From positions 40,376 through 104,375 of the forward strand of contig CBDCZH010000023.1 in the NCBI GenBank assembly GCA_965224485.1: a stretch of DNA of 64,000 nt. Reading direction: 5' to 3'. Origin of the DNA: Arcobacteraceae bacterium (lineage in GTDB: Bacteria > Campylobacterota > Campylobacteria > Campylobacterales > Arcobacteraceae). Each line of letters starts with the position of its first letter. The first letter of the stretch is position 1. The position numbers and the translations under genes are program-made. Under the pieces are notes generated by a model. It worked only from the letters and a program-made list of their open reading frames with translations, was not told where the DNA came from and made no database searches. Below are positions 29,690 through 40,423 of this stretch, one piece after another.

Positions 29690-30328
29690 TTAAATATTAA
29701 TATACTTTTTTACTACCTCCACTAAATTATTAATAATTTTATCTGATAGCGCAACTGCTTTTTCTTCATCTGAATTAATAATTGCTTCTATTAAATCAAT
29801 ATGTACTAAAGCAGATTTTTCTAAGTCTTCAATACCTTTATAATAATACCAAAATCTTCTACTTCTAACATGTAAAGGTGTTGTTGCTCTTGTAGCAAAA
29901 TCATTTCTAGCAGCTTCAAAAATAGTTTGATCAAGAACTTTATCAATTCTTAAATACTCAATGACATCTTTATTTTTAACAGCTTCTTGCATTAAGTTCT
30001 TAAACTCTAAGATTTTACTCTTTTCTGTAGCTGTTGCATATTTAGCAGCTCTTGCTATTAAAAGTCTATCTAATACTCGTCTTGTATCTAAAATAGCCAA
30101 TTGGTTTGTCATATTAATATCTGATATTTCTATTCCACGTCTTGGTATTATATTAATTAAAGATTCATATGAGAGTTTTAATAAAGCTTCCCTTAATGGT
30201 GTTCTACTTATATCTGATAAAACCATTAACTCTTTTTCAGAATATGTTTTTCCTGGTTCTAACTTTAATGTAACTAATAACTCTTCTAAAATTCTATATG
30301 CTCTTGATGATAATTTATTTTCTGGCAT
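29690..30328 (-). CDS. GntR family transcriptional regulator (FadR/FCD subfamily), probable hydroxyproline-locus regulator
   Basis: 212 aa. N-terminal winged HTH (SEKELMVLSDISRTPLREALLKLSYESLINIIPRRG) plus an all-helical FCD-like C-domain. Confidence 0.8.
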   Translation of the reverse strand: MPENKLSSRAYRILEELLVTLKLEPGKTYSEKELMVLSDISRTPLREALLKLSYESLINIIPRRGIEISDINMTNQLAILDTRRVLDRLLIARAAKYATATEKSKILEFKNLMQEAVKNKDVIEYLRIDKVLDQTIFEAARNDFATRATTPLHVRSRRFWYYYKGIEDLEKSALVHIDLIEAIINSDEEKAVALSDKIINNLVEVVKKYINI

Positions 30329-30339
30329 TATTCAATCCT

Positions 30340-31383
30340 TTATCTTAAAAAAAATCCATATTTTAATTCATCATCACAATCAATTAAAAACTTGTGTTCT
30401 CCTGTAATATATGCATTTGCAGTAACTTGTGGGATAACTGAGGTATAAGGTCCATAAGTAAGTTCTTTTATAACTTTTACCTCAAAACTTGTATTTATAA
30501 TACTCTCAATTCGTATACTTTCATTTAATAAAAGTTCTTTTTTCTTATAAGCAATAGCAGCACGTCCGGACACTCCTGAACCAGTTGGACTTCTATCAAC
30601 TTCACCATTCGCAAAAACACATACATTTTTACTATGGAAGTTTTCTGATTTACTAATAAAAATGACTCCATATAAAAAACTTAAATCTTCTTCAAAAGGG
30701 TGTTTTATATTATCTTTGTTTTTTATAATAGCTTGTTTAATTTTCTTCCCATAAGAGATGATTTTATCATAATTATCCTTATTCAAAGAAAGTGAAATTT
30801 TATCTGCATTTACATAAGCATAAAAAGCTCCACCATAAGCTAAATCATAAACCACCCTACCTATAGAAGGTACATCAATACTTTCATCTAAGGCAAGAAC
30901 AAAAGATGGAACACAGTTAAAACTAACACTTAATACATTACCTTCTTTATCTATTTTTGCATATGAATCAAGTTGTCCGCAAGGTGCATCTATTTTTATA
31001 TGTGTTATAGGGTAAGTTTTTTCAACCCAGCCCAAAAGCACTGCTAATTTAGTAATTGCAATGGTAGCATGACCACACATAGTGCTATAACCTTCATTGT
31101 GCATAAAAACAACTCCAAAATCAGAATCTTTATTTTCTGGTTCTACAATTAAAACTCCATACATATCAGCATGACCACGCGGTTCATACATTAAAGCTTT
31201 TCTTAAATAATCTAAATTATCTTTAACATAATTTCTTTTTTCTAAAATACTAGAACCTTTAATTAAAGGATAACCATCAATAATAACTCGTAAAGGTTCG
31301 CCACATGTATGCATATCAATTGTTTTAACTTCTAAAAAACCTTTTGATATTTTAGAGTTTTTTATTTTGTCTAAAATTTTCAT
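30340..31383 (-). CDS. Proline racemase superfamily enzyme with Cys/Thr catalytic pair: predicted trans-3-hydroxy-L-proline dehydratase
   Basis: 347 aa. MHTCGEPLRV, first catalytic position STMCGHAT (Cys), second position VDRSPTGSGVSGR (Thr instead of Cys). Confidence 0.65.
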   Translation of the reverse strand: MKILDKIKNSKISKGFLEVKTIDMHTCGEPLRVIIDGYPLIKGSSILEKRNYVKDNLDYLRKALMYEPRGHADMYGVLIVEPENKDSDFGVVFMHNEGYSTMCGHATIAITKLAVLLGWVEKTYPITHIKIDAPCGQLDSYAKIDKEGNVLSVSFNCVPSFVLALDESIDVPSIGRVVYDLAYGGAFYAYVNADKISLSLNKDNYDKIISYGKKIKQAIIKNKDNIKHPFEEDLSFLYGVIFISKSENFHSKNVCVFANGEVDRSPTGSGVSGRAAIAYKKKELLLNESIRIESIINTSFEVKVIKELTYGPYTSVIPQVTANAYITGEHKFLIDCDDELKYGFFLR

Positions 31384-32281
31384 TTTTATCCTTTTGCATA
31401 ACTTTTCTATCTGAAATAAAAACTAAAAATATTCCTGCAATTATAATACTTGAGAGAAGAATAAAAGAAAAACTCAAAATCTCATTTAAAAATATTGCAC
31501 TTAATATTATAGAAACCATAGGAACTAGAAGTAAAAAAGGTGAAATAAAACTAATATCTTGCGTTTTTACTAAATATGCCCATATACTATGAGCTAAAAT
31601 ACTAGAAGCTAGAACTGTATACAAAAATGCATAATATGTAATACTTTGCTCTATTTTTGAAAAACTCTCTATTAGGCTTGTAATACTTTGATTATTTAAA
31701 AGCATTAAACAATACATCATAGGTATACCTAAAGTAGAAATCCAAGCAATAAGAGAAATACTGCTTACTTCTTTTATTTTTTTTACAAGAATAAAATATA
31801 AACCTAAACAACAAGCAGAAGCTAAGGCTATAAAAAAAGAAATTTGACTTTGTAATAAACTTGGATCAAAAAGTAAAGCAATTATTCCTATAAAAGAGAC
31901 TAATAAACCAAATATTCTTAAACCTGAAGCTTTATCTTTATAAATAAACCAAGATAACAATATTGAAAAAGGAATAGCTATTTGTAAGATAACAGAAATT
32001 GCCCCAACACTTTTTGTAAGTTCTAAAGATAAGAATAGAAGTCCAAAATGACCAGGAACTAAAACTATACTTGTTAAACATAAATAATAAAAGTCTTTTA
32101 AAGAGGGTAATTTTAATAAAGCAGGGAATAATAATAAAGATACAAGAGTTAAACGCAAAACAAGGGCTGTATATGCTTCTATTTCTTTAACTAAAAAAGA
32201 AATAGCTATAAAATTACCAGCCCATAAAAAAACTACTAAAAGAATTAAGAAGAGAACAAAAGATTTATCTTTTAAAAACAT
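31352..32281 (-). CDS. EamA/DMT family transporter
   Basis: 309 aa, 10 TM segments, two EamA repeats. Confidence 0.75.
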   Translation of the reverse strand: MFLKDKSFVLFLILLVVFLWAGNFIAISFLVKEIEAYTALVLRLTLVSLLLFPALLKLPSLKDFYYLCLTSIVLVPGHFGLLFLSLELTKSVGAISVILQIAIPFSILLSWFIYKDKASGLRIFGLLVSFIGIIALLFDPSLLQSQISFFIALASACCLGLYFILVKKIKEVSSISLIAWISTLGIPMMYCLMLLNNQSITSLIESFSKIEQSITYYAFLYTVLASSILAHSIWAYLVKTQDISFISPFLLLVPMVSIILSAIFLNEILSFSFILLSSIIIAGIFLVFISDRKVMQKDKNENFRQNKKL

Positions 32282-32324
32282 CTATATCCTTTTTTTAATT
32301 ATTTAGTAATTATTCATTTTAAGT

Positions 32325-33050
32325 TTAATTTAAAACCTTTGATAAAAATTGCTTCGTTCTCTCTTTTTGTGGATTACCTATAACTTCTTCAGGTGTTCCA
32401 ATTTCTTCTATTACACCTTTATGAAAAAATGCAACTCTATCTGATACTTCTCTTGCAAAAGCAATTTCATGAGTTACACAAATCATGGTCATTCCTTCTT
32501 TTCGTAAAAGTCTTAAAGTATCAAGTACTTCTCCAACTAACTCAGGATCTAAAGCTGAAGTGATTTCATCAAACAACATATATTCAGGCTCCATTGCAAG
32601 GGCTCTTGCAATTGCTAGTCTTTGTTGTTGGCCTCCTGACATTCTTGAAGGAAACTCATCAAACTTATCACCAAGACCTACATGAATCAACTGCTCTTTT
32701 GCAATTTTTTCAGCATCTTCTTTTGATTTACCTAAAACCTTTTGTGGTGCTAAGCTTACATTTTCTAAGACAGTTAAATGAGGAAAAGAGTTCCATTGCT
32801 GAAAAACCATACCAATTTTTTGTCTTAATTTATTAATATCTGTTTTTTTACTATGTACTGAAACATTATCAACAAATACTTCACCTTGTTGAATATTCTC
32901 AATTGCGTTAATACAATAAAGCATAGTAGATTTACCAGAACCAGAACCTCCAATTACTGATAAAACCTCACCTTTTTTTACTGTTAAATCAATACCTTTT
33001 AATACTTCTAAATCTCCAAAAGATTTATGAACTTTTTTTAATTCAATCAT
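32325..33050 (-). CDS. Polar amino acid ABC transporter ATP-binding protein
   Basis: 241 aa, Walker A GGSGSGKST, signature MSGGQQQRLAIARA, Walker B MLFDEITSALD. Confidence 0.9.
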   Translation of the reverse strand: MIELKKVHKSFGDLEVLKGIDLTVKKGEVLSVIGGSGSGKSTMLYCINAIENIQQGEVFVDNVSVHSKKTDINKLRQKIGMVFQQWNSFPHLTVLENVSLAPQKVLGKSKEDAEKIAKEQLIHVGLGDKFDEFPSRMSGGQQQRLAIARALAMEPEYMLFDEITSALDPELVGEVLDTLRLLRKEGMTMICVTHEIAFAREVSDRVAFFHKGVIEEIGTPEEVIGNPQKERTKQFLSKVLN

Positions 33051-33769
33051 ATTTTTAATTTCCTTTCTAAATGCGTTGCATATAATGAAATAGGATAAGA
33101 AATTATAAAATAAAATACCCCAACACCTATTAATAATAATAATGCCTCTTGAGTTTTAGATATTAACTCTTCTGTAGTTTTTAAAATCTCTAAATAACCA
33201 ATAACAGATACTAGAGCTGAATCTTTAATTACAGATAAAACAATACTAATCCATGAAGGAAAAACTGTTCTTAAACCCAAAGGAAAAACTATATATCTAT
33301 AATCTTGCCAATAAGAAAGACCTAAAGACCTAGCCGCTCTTCTTGTTGTTTGAGGAACTGAATCAATACCAGCTCTTACAACTTCTGTTACAAATGCTGA
33401 GGTATATGAAGATAAAACAATAGCCCCTACCCAAAAAATAGAAATATCAATTTCTAAAATTCCCATAAATGAGTAAAATAGAATAAATTGTATAATTAAA
33501 GGAACTGAACGTAAAATATCTAAAAAACCACTAAGAAAAATATTAGTGATTGTTCCAGCATTTGCTTTAAAATAACCAAAAATAAGACCAAAAAATGTTC
33601 CTATTATTATAGATACTACTGAAATATAAATAGTTCGTACTAGTCCTTCTAATAAAAATTCTAAATCATAATATGTCAATGTAGAGTTTTTTATTGCAAC
33701 AAAAGCACTATAAATAATATATAAAGATAACAGTGTATAAATTACATATTTAATTTGTTTATTACTCAT
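33047..33769 (-). CDS. Amino acid ABC transporter permease
   Basis: 240 aa, His/Glu/Gln/Arg-type permease, EAA-like loop (AARSLGLSYWQDYRYIVFP). Confidence 0.85.
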   Translation of the reverse strand: MSNKQIKYVIYTLLSLYIIYSAFVAIKNSTLTYYDLEFLLEGLVRTIYISVVSIIIGTFFGLIFGYFKANAGTITNIFLSGFLDILRSVPLIIQFILFYSFMGILEIDISIFWVGAIVLSSYTSAFVTEVVRAGIDSVPQTTRRAARSLGLSYWQDYRYIVFPLGLRTVFPSWISIVLSVIKDSALVSVIGYLEILKTTEELISKTQEALLLLIGVGVFYFIISYPISLYATHLERKLKI

Positions 33770-34443
33770 ACTGTATCTCCTCTAAAAATTTTATAAGATA
33801 AAAGTTTTGAAGCTAATAGAACTATTTTTGCAATAACAAAATACATTATTGCTGTAATTAAATAAAACTCGAATGTTCTAAAAGATAAAGACTGTAACTG
33901 ATCTGTTTTACCAGTTAACTCTAACATTCCAACTAACGTTCCTAAAGAAGTCATCAAAATAGCCCAAATCATTTGATTTGTCATTGGATGATAAACTTTT
34001 CTTAAAACTTGAGGCAAAATAATATACCAATACGTTTGTAACTTAGTCATACCCAATGATCTTGAAGCAGACATTTGAGTACTTGGAATTGAAGCGAAAC
34101 CACCTCTTAGTGTTTCAGCTAAATATCCAGCATTATTAAAAGTCAAGGCTGCTAATACAGCGATATAAGGACTTAAATGAATACCAAAGGCTCCTAAACC
34201 AAAATAAGCCATATATATTTGAAAAAGCGCAGGAGTATTTCTAGCTAACTCAATCCAAACAACACTAGGAGTTCGTAATAATTCATTTTTTGAATCCTTA
34301 CCTAAAGATAAAAACACAGCTATTATTAAACCAAAAAACATAGAAATAAGTGCTACTTCTAAAGTAACAACGGCTGCACTTAACATTTGCGGAAAAACGT
34401 TCCATACTGTTATCCAGTGGAAGGTATAATCAAAATCAAACAT
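33766..34443 (-). CDS. Amino acid ABC transporter permease
   Basis: 225 aa, EAA-like loop (ASRSLGMTKLQTYWYIILPQ). Confidence 0.85.
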   Translation of the reverse strand: MFDFDYTFHWITVWNVFPQMLSAAVVTLEVALISMFFGLIIAVFLSLGKDSKNELLRTPSVVWIELARNTPALFQIYMAYFGLGAFGIHLSPYIAVLAALTFNNAGYLAETLRGGFASIPSTQMSASRSLGMTKLQTYWYIILPQVLRKVYHPMTNQMIWAILMTSLGTLVGMLELTGKTDQLQSLSFRTFEFYLITAIMYFVIAKIVLLASKLLSYKIFRGDTV

Positions 34444-34501
34444 AATTAATTCCTTATATTAATATACAAATCTAGAGGCCTAGGCCTCTAAAATTTGTAA
34501 C

Positions 34502-35315
34502 TTAATAATATATTCCATCTACAGTTAGTTTTCTAACAGGAGAGTCACCATAAAACATCTTATTTAATTCTTTATATCTACCAGTTCTTACTTGTTGGTG
34601 AATAAATAAATTCATAAAATTAATCATTCCATATTCTGTTCTTTTTACAATAATAGAAACAAAATCATCAAAACCTGGAACAAATGGTCCAGCTTCATAA
34701 TCTTTATATTTGTCTAACTTTAATAATTCAACAATAGTAGTATCAGTTGTAATTAAAGCATCAGCCTTCCCTTGAAGAAGAGCTAAGTGAGTATCACTCT
34801 CTTTTTTAGAAGAAAAATAATCAGACTCATTCCATCCATTAGCTTTTAAATTCTTTAAAAACTCAGTTTCAGGAGTTGTACTAAGTGCTGCTGTTACTCT
34901 TTTTCCTTTTAAATCTTTAAACGTTTTAATTCCAGAGTCTTTTTTAACCATAGCTTGTAATTTAAATACAAAATAAGGCATAGTAAAACCTGCTGATTTA
35001 GCTCTTTCTAACGTATCAGAAGTTGAACCAATAACAACATCAACTTTACCTGCATTAAGAGCTGGAAGTCTTTGAGCAAAAGACATAGATTTAAGCTCTA
35101 ATTTAACACCTAAAGATTTAGCTAAATCTTTACAATATTCAACATCAAAACCTGCTGGTTTATTTTTTGCATCTCTATAACCCATAGGTGGAAAATCTAG
35201 AACAACTCCACATCTAATTGTACCTTTTGAAAGGATCTTATCTAACTTGTCTGCACTTGCGCTACTTGCTCCAAATGCTAAAACTGATACTGCTACAAAC
35301 GCTAATTTTTTTCAT
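34502..35315 (-). pseudogene. Amino acid ABC transporter substrate-binding protein, start and signal peptide out of frame
   Basis: The mature part is in the track (34502..35185). The same frame continues upstream as LAFVAVSVLAFGASSASADKLDKILSKGTIRCGVVLDFPP (a signal peptide) but has no start. ATG 35315-35313 followed by A7 (plus T7 at 35306-35312) is off by one. A6 would give MKKLAFVAV... Confidence 0.8.
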
Positions 35316-35405
35316 TAATTTCATTTTATTTCCTTGATTAATTTTATTTTCCCATTTTTTATATACAATTTTATTCGACACGTAAAATTAGAACCTCCTT
35401 TATTA

Positions 35406-36668
35406 TTATTTAGTAAATCTATATAAACTCATTTTTTTAATATCTTCATTAATATTTGTTTCACTTATTAAATCAGATACTATTTGTCCAGTTAAAGGCG
35501 CAAGAGAAACTCCCATCATCGCGTGCCCAGTTGCTATTGTTAAGTTCTTTATCTCTTTAGATTTTCCAACATAAGGAATACCATCAGGAGAACAAGGTCG
35601 TAAACCAGCCCACTGATCTAACATCTCATCTTCTTGTATATCTAAATTATTAATATATGAATTTGCTGCTTTTCGTATATTATTAATTCGTCTTTTATTA
35701 ATTGATAAATCATTATCACCTAGCATCATAGTTCCACCAAAACGAACCATATTTTCATAAGGTGTAATAGCTACTTTTTTCTCTGCTAATATCATTGGTG
35801 TAGAAAAATTTAAAGCCTCATTTTTATTTTTTATAAAAGAGAAACCTTTTCCAGCTTGCATAAGTAAGTTAAGATTAAACTTTTTTGCAATTTTTGAGGT
35901 ATAAATACCTGTGGTAAAAACAAACTCCTCTGCTTCAAAAAGATTTAATTTATCATCTACTATTGAAGTTATTTTGTTATTTGTTATATTAATATCGTTA
36001 ATATTGCAATTTTCAAAAAATTTAACTTCATTTTTTTCTAAAAATTTTTTAATTGCCATCATAAAATCATAAGGGTTTATTTTTGAATCTTCTTTATAAT
36101 ACGAAGCCCCCTAAAACATCAAAAGAAGCTTTTGGTTCTAATAGTTTTAACTCATCTAGATTTAATATTCTTGCATCTAAACCAAGCTCTTTTGCTTTTT
36201 TTACTAAATTTTCTTCTTCTATAAGACTTTTTTCTTCCTTACAAAGCATTAATAAACCACTTTGTTTTAAATCAAAATCAAAATCATCACATGCATATAA
36301 TTCTTTATAAAGCTCTAAACTCTTTACATTCATATCTCGTAAAAAATGCTTATATTTATCTCTACATGTTTAGTATTACAAAAACTATTAAATTTTATAA
36401 TCCATTTAAATAAATCTAAATTTAAACTTGGTTTTAGAAAAAAAGGCGAATTAGGATTAAACATCCATTTAATTCCTTTTTTTATAATTCCTGGATTAGA
36501 AAGTGTTTCAAAATGACTAGGAACTATTAGACCAGCATTTCCATACGAGCAGCCCTTACCTATTTCATTTGTTTCATAAACACTTATTTTATAACCTTTT
36601 TTAAAAAGATAATAAGCAGAACACATTCCACTTATTCCACCACCAATAATTGCAATATCTTTACTCAT
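35406..36668 (-). pseudogene. FAD-dependent D-amino acid/D-hydroxyproline dehydrogenase (DadA-like), two frameshifts
   Basis: Three collinear ORFs (36330..36668, 36094..36333, 35406..36062). GxGxxG motif IAIIGGGISGMCSAYYL. Junction 1 is at the plus A6 run 36341-36346, where one more base restores ..NISIFLRDMNVKSLELY... Junction 2 is at the plus C5 run 36107-36111, where one fewer base restores ..VLGASYYKEDSKINPYDFMMA... Confidence 0.8.
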
Positions 36669-36669
36669 A

Positions 36670-37675
36670 CTAAATCACCACAAAACCGTGAGCATAAGGG
36701 TCATCATCATCAATAATAATTGTATTTAAACCAGTAATCTTTGCCCAACCTTCAATAGAAGGAATAATTCCATCATAAGAACCTACTTTTACTTCATCTT
36801 CAATACGTCCAATAAATTTAGAACCAATAAAACTCTCATGAATAAACTCATCACCTTTTTTCAATTTTTTTTGTGAGTACAGTTGTGCCATTCTTGCACT
36901 AGTTCCTGTTCCACAAGGTGATCTATCTATTGCTTTTTCTCCATAAAAAACAGCATTTCTTGCACTTGAACTTTTATCAAGTACTTCTCCTGTCCATTCA
37001 ATATGCGATAAGCCACATATAGTTTCATCTTGGGGGTGAACAAAAGTATAAAGCTCATTTAATTTAGCTCTTAAGCTTGAACTCATAGCTATTAATTCAG
37101 AAGCTTTAAAATGCTCAATTCCTTTAAAATTTTCCTGGGGATTTACAATTGCATAAAAATTTCCACCATAAGCTACATCAACTTTTAATTTTCCTAAAAC
37201 AGATGACTCTACTTCTAAATCTTTAGAGTGTAAAAAAGAAGCAACATTAATAATTTTTACAGATTTAACTCTATTTTGTGAGTCTTTTTTATAAGTAGCA
37301 ATTACTAAACCAGCTGGAGTTTCTATTCTTAAAACACCTTCAACTTTTGGAGTAACAATCTCTTTTTCGATTAAAACTGTAACCGTTCCAATTGTTCCAT
37401 GTCCACACATAGGTAAACACCCAGAAGTTTCAATAAATAAAATAGAGACATCAAAATCCAAACTTGAAGGCTGGTAAACTATTGTTCCACTCATCATATC
37501 ATGACCCCGTGGTTCAAACATAAGACCAGTTCTAATCCAATCAAATTCTTTTAAAAAGTGCTGTCTTTTTTTCTCTCATAGTATCACCTTTTAATAAAGG
37601 TGCTCCCCCACAAATAACACGAACAGGATTACCACAAGTATGAGCATCAACACAAAAAAATGTTTTACTAGACAT
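36670..37675 (-). pseudogene. Proline racemase superfamily enzyme with Cys/Cys pair (4-hydroxyproline 2-epimerase type), frameshifted
   Basis: The track gives residues from MFEPRGHDMMSG on (LPMCGHGTIG, IDRSPCGTGTSARMA). The N-terminus MSSKTFFCVDAHTCGNPVRVICGGAPLLKGDTMREK starts at ATG 37675 in another frame. The shift is in the A7 run (plus T7 at 37566-37572). A6 restores ..REKRQHFLKEFDWIRTGLMFEPRGH... Confidence 0.8.
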
Positions 37676-37685
37676 CTTAAACTCC

Positions 37686-38621
37686 TTAGTTAAATTTTTC
37701 TTTTACTAATCTAGCTGCTGCTAAATCTTCTAAGCCATGACCTACTGATTTAAAAAGAGTAATAGAGTTTTCTGAAACTCTACCTTTGTGTAAACCTCTA
37801 CATAATTTAAACAAGTCAGCTTTAATATCAGCTTCATTTATAAGACCTTTATCTAAAGGAATTTTAATATCACCTGTTTCTTTTTTCGCCATATTTGTAT
37901 CTATATAAATATCAACTAACTTAATTAACGCATCATCAGCTTCTCTCATATCAGGCTTATAAGCCCCAATTAAATCAACATGCTGACCAGGCTTTAAATA
38001 CTTTCCTAAAATCAAAGCAGTAGAACTTAGTGTTGCACAAGAAATAATATCTACGTTTGATATTTCATCTTCTATGTTATTAATAGCAATTGCTTTAAAA
38101 TCACCTTTTAACTTATCAACTATGTCTAAAGCTTTCTTTTTATCTCTACCCCAAATATAAACATCTTTTATAGGTCTAACACTAGCATGAGCACGAACTA
38201 ATTGTTCACTTAAAGCCCCTGTTCCAACAACTAAAATAGAAGAAGAATCTTTTTTACTAAGATAAGAGCTAGCAAGTGCAGAAGCAGCTGCTGTTCTTTT
38301 AGCTGTTAAAGCTTTTCCATCCATTAAAGCATCAATAGATCCATTTTTAGCATTAAATAAAAGATACAAACCTTGAATTGCAGGTAAGTCATATTTTGCA
38401 TTATTAGGGCTTACAGTTACTATTTTTACACCCAATGCTTCACTTTCACTCCAAGCTGGCATTAAAAGTAAAGTAGAATCAATACCTTCTGTTGGATTCT
38501 TATAATCATGATGATGTCGTGCTGGCACTTTTATATCTTTTATAAAAGCTTCCCTCAAAGCTTTTATTAAAGAGGGATAATCTAGTGCTTTATTTACTTC
38601 ATCTTTTGAATAGAATTTCAT
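37686..38621 (-). CDS. Ornithine cyclodeaminase/mu-crystallin family protein, predicted delta1-pyrroline-2-carboxylate reductase
   Basis: 311 aa, Rossmann motif ILVVGTGALSEQL, family-typical length and C-terminus. Genomic context with the Cys/Thr dehydratase. Confidence 0.65.
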   Translation of the reverse strand: MKFYSKDEVNKALDYPSLIKALREAFIKDIKVPARHHHDYKNPTEGIDSTLLLMPAWSESEALGVKIVTVSPNNAKYDLPAIQGLYLLFNAKNGSIDALMDGKALTAKRTAAASALASSYLSKKDSSSILVVGTGALSEQLVRAHASVRPIKDVYIWGRDKKKALDIVDKLKGDFKAIAINNIEDEISNVDIISCATLSSTALILGKYLKPGQHVDLIGAYKPDMREADDALIKLVDIYIDTNMAKKETGDIKIPLDKGLINEADIKADLFKLCRGLHKGRVSENSITLFKSVGHGLEDLAAARLVKEKFN

Positions 38622-40203
38622 AAACTTTCTTTAGAATACTCATCGTTTACTAAACGTAAAATATTTAAAGGATTTTCATCTCTTAACTCAAGAGGAAGTA
38701 AAAACGATGGGCAATCTTGAAAACAAACTGGTCTTACAAATCTTTTAATAGCTCCTGTTCCAACTGAAGTAAATCTAGCATCAGTTGCAGCTGGAAAAGG
38801 ACCACCATGTTGCATTGAAGCACAAACTTCAACACCTGTTGGAACACCATTAAATAGTATTCTTCCACATTTATTCTCTAAGGCAAGAATTTGATTCTCA
38901 AAAGTTTTCATTTCATTTTCTTCACCCATAACAGTTGCACTTAATTGTCCATCAAGACTAAAAATTACTTCATCTAATTGTTTAATATCATCACATTCAA
39001 CTATTATTGAATAAGGTCCAAAAACTTCTTCTTGTAGTTTTGGATTTTTAATAAAATCAAGAGCAGATACAGAAGTTACTACAGCTTTTCCTTGTGAAGC
39101 TAAATTATCTTCAAAGGCTTGGGCTACTAGAGTAATTCCATGTTGTTTTAAAGCTTCGTCTTTATTACTCTCATAAGCTTCTTGAATACTTTTAGATAAC
39201 ATTTCAGAAGGTTTAACCTTAGAAATTTCTTCAGCTAAATCTTTTTTAAATTCTTCAAAGTTTTTCATCTTTTAAAGCTATGATTAGTCCGGGGTTTGTA
39301 CAAAATTGTCCAGAACCTAAAGTAATAGAAAAAGAGTATGTCGCTGCTAATTTTTTAGTATCTTTTAAAGAAGATGGTAAAAATAAACAAGGATTAATAC
39401 TTCCCATTTCTGCAAAAACAGGAATTGGAGTTTTTCTACTATTTGCTAATTCAAAAAGTTTCATACCAGCATTTGTTGAACCTGTAAAACCAACAGCTTT
39501 TATTACTTCATCTAAAACAATTTGCTGTCCTACAGTTCTTCCACTTCCATGAACCATACAAAATGTACCAATCAGGCATATTTGTTTTTATAACTGCTTT
39601 TATAATAGCACTTGCTATTAATTCAGAAGTTCCACTATGAGAAGAGTGAGCTTTTACAATAACAGGACACCCAGCTGCTAGAGCTGAAGCTGTATCTCCA
39701 CCTGCACAAGCAAATGCTAAAGGAAAATTACTTGCTTCAAAAACACTAACAACCCCAAGAGGTCTTAGCATTTTTCGCAAATCATTTCTAGGAAGTGGAG
39801 CTCTATTGGGAAGTGCTTCATCTATGCTAGCTTCAACCCAAGAACCTTCTCTTAAAAGTTTTGAGAACATCTTGATTTGACCAATAGTTCGCCCTCTCTC
39901 CCCTTCAATTCTAGGTCGAGGAAGATTTGACTCACTCATAGTTCTTACAATTAATTCATCACCTAAGTTCATGATTTCTTCTGCAATTGCATCTAAAAAA
40001 TCAGCTCTTTGTATTTGAGAAGTTTGTTTATACATAATAAAAGCCCCATTAGCCTTATTCAATACTTCTTTAACTTCATCTTTTGTTGCGTGAAAGAATT
40101 CACCTTCTAAAGCAACATTACTGTTAATATCATATAATTTTGAACTTTTATCACCTTTTGCTGATAAAACATTTCCAATAAAGTTTTTACCGTGTATACT
40201 CAA
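38618..40203 (-). pseudogene. Aldehyde dehydrogenase (alpha-ketoglutaric semialdehyde dehydrogenase type), two frameshifts
   Basis: Three collinear ORFs. Likely start is TTG 40203 behind AAAGGA (MSIHGKNFIGN). Motifs VGFTGSTNAG, GQFCTNPG (catalytic Cys) and EVFGPY. Junction 1 is an extra base in TT (plus AA at 39570-39571), and removing it restores ..NMPDGTFCMVHGSG... Junction 2 is an extra A in A5 (plus T5 at 39261-39265), and removing it restores ..ALKDENFEEFKKD... Confidence 0.8.
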
Positions 40204-40283
40204 TTTATATCCTTTTTTTATAATGCTGGTAGTTGTAACTGCTGGATAAACTCCAATAAATTTACATTTCATACTAAGCATTT

Positions 40284-40406
40284 TAGATTAATTTAATTTT
40301 TTTGTTTCTATCATACTATCAATATATAAGTAATATATCACGTGATATATCAAGTAGTATATCACAGCTATTTTTGCTTTTTACTTAAAATGAACTTAAA
40401 TTAAAA
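40284..40406 (-). promoter_or_regulatory. Promoter/operator module copy A (upstream of the ALDH-led operon)
   Basis: Contains the 18-bp perfect palindrome ATATATCACGTGATATAT (40333-40350) plus a further half-site GTATATCAC (40357-40365). Most of the ~120 nt recurs at 41642-41765. Confidence 0.55.
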
Positions 40407-40423
40407 GCATATATATATGCTTT
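40404..40423 (-). terminator. Terminator of the DapA-family gene transcript
   Basis: AAAGCATATATATATGCTTT perfect palindrome, followed on the minus strand by TTTTAATTT. Confidence 0.55.

Noticed and set aside
29678-35390. Shared 11-mer ACGTAAAATTA just after the stop codons of the gntR gene (29681-29691) and of the FAD dehydrogenase gene (about 35379-35389).
   Set aside because: There are only two short AT-rich occurrences, which chance can explain in a genome of this composition. I noted the local palindrome at 29678-29689 but did not claim a family of sites.
35316-35405. Strong AAAGGAGG box right after the FAD dehydrogenase stop, suggesting a small hidden gene.
   Set aside because: No ATG follows at a suitable distance. 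The only in-frame GTG-initiated ORF runs into the out-of-frame start region of the binding-protein gene and ends at a TAG. It more likely reflects the disturbed start region of that gene.
36107-36111. C5/G5 tract in the FAD dehydrogenase as a Campylobacter-style phase-variable poly-G switch.
   Set aside because: Phase-variable tracts in this phylum are typically 8 or more G/C. This one is 5. The other disrupted sites are mostly short A/T runs, so simple mutation or sequencing error is more likely.
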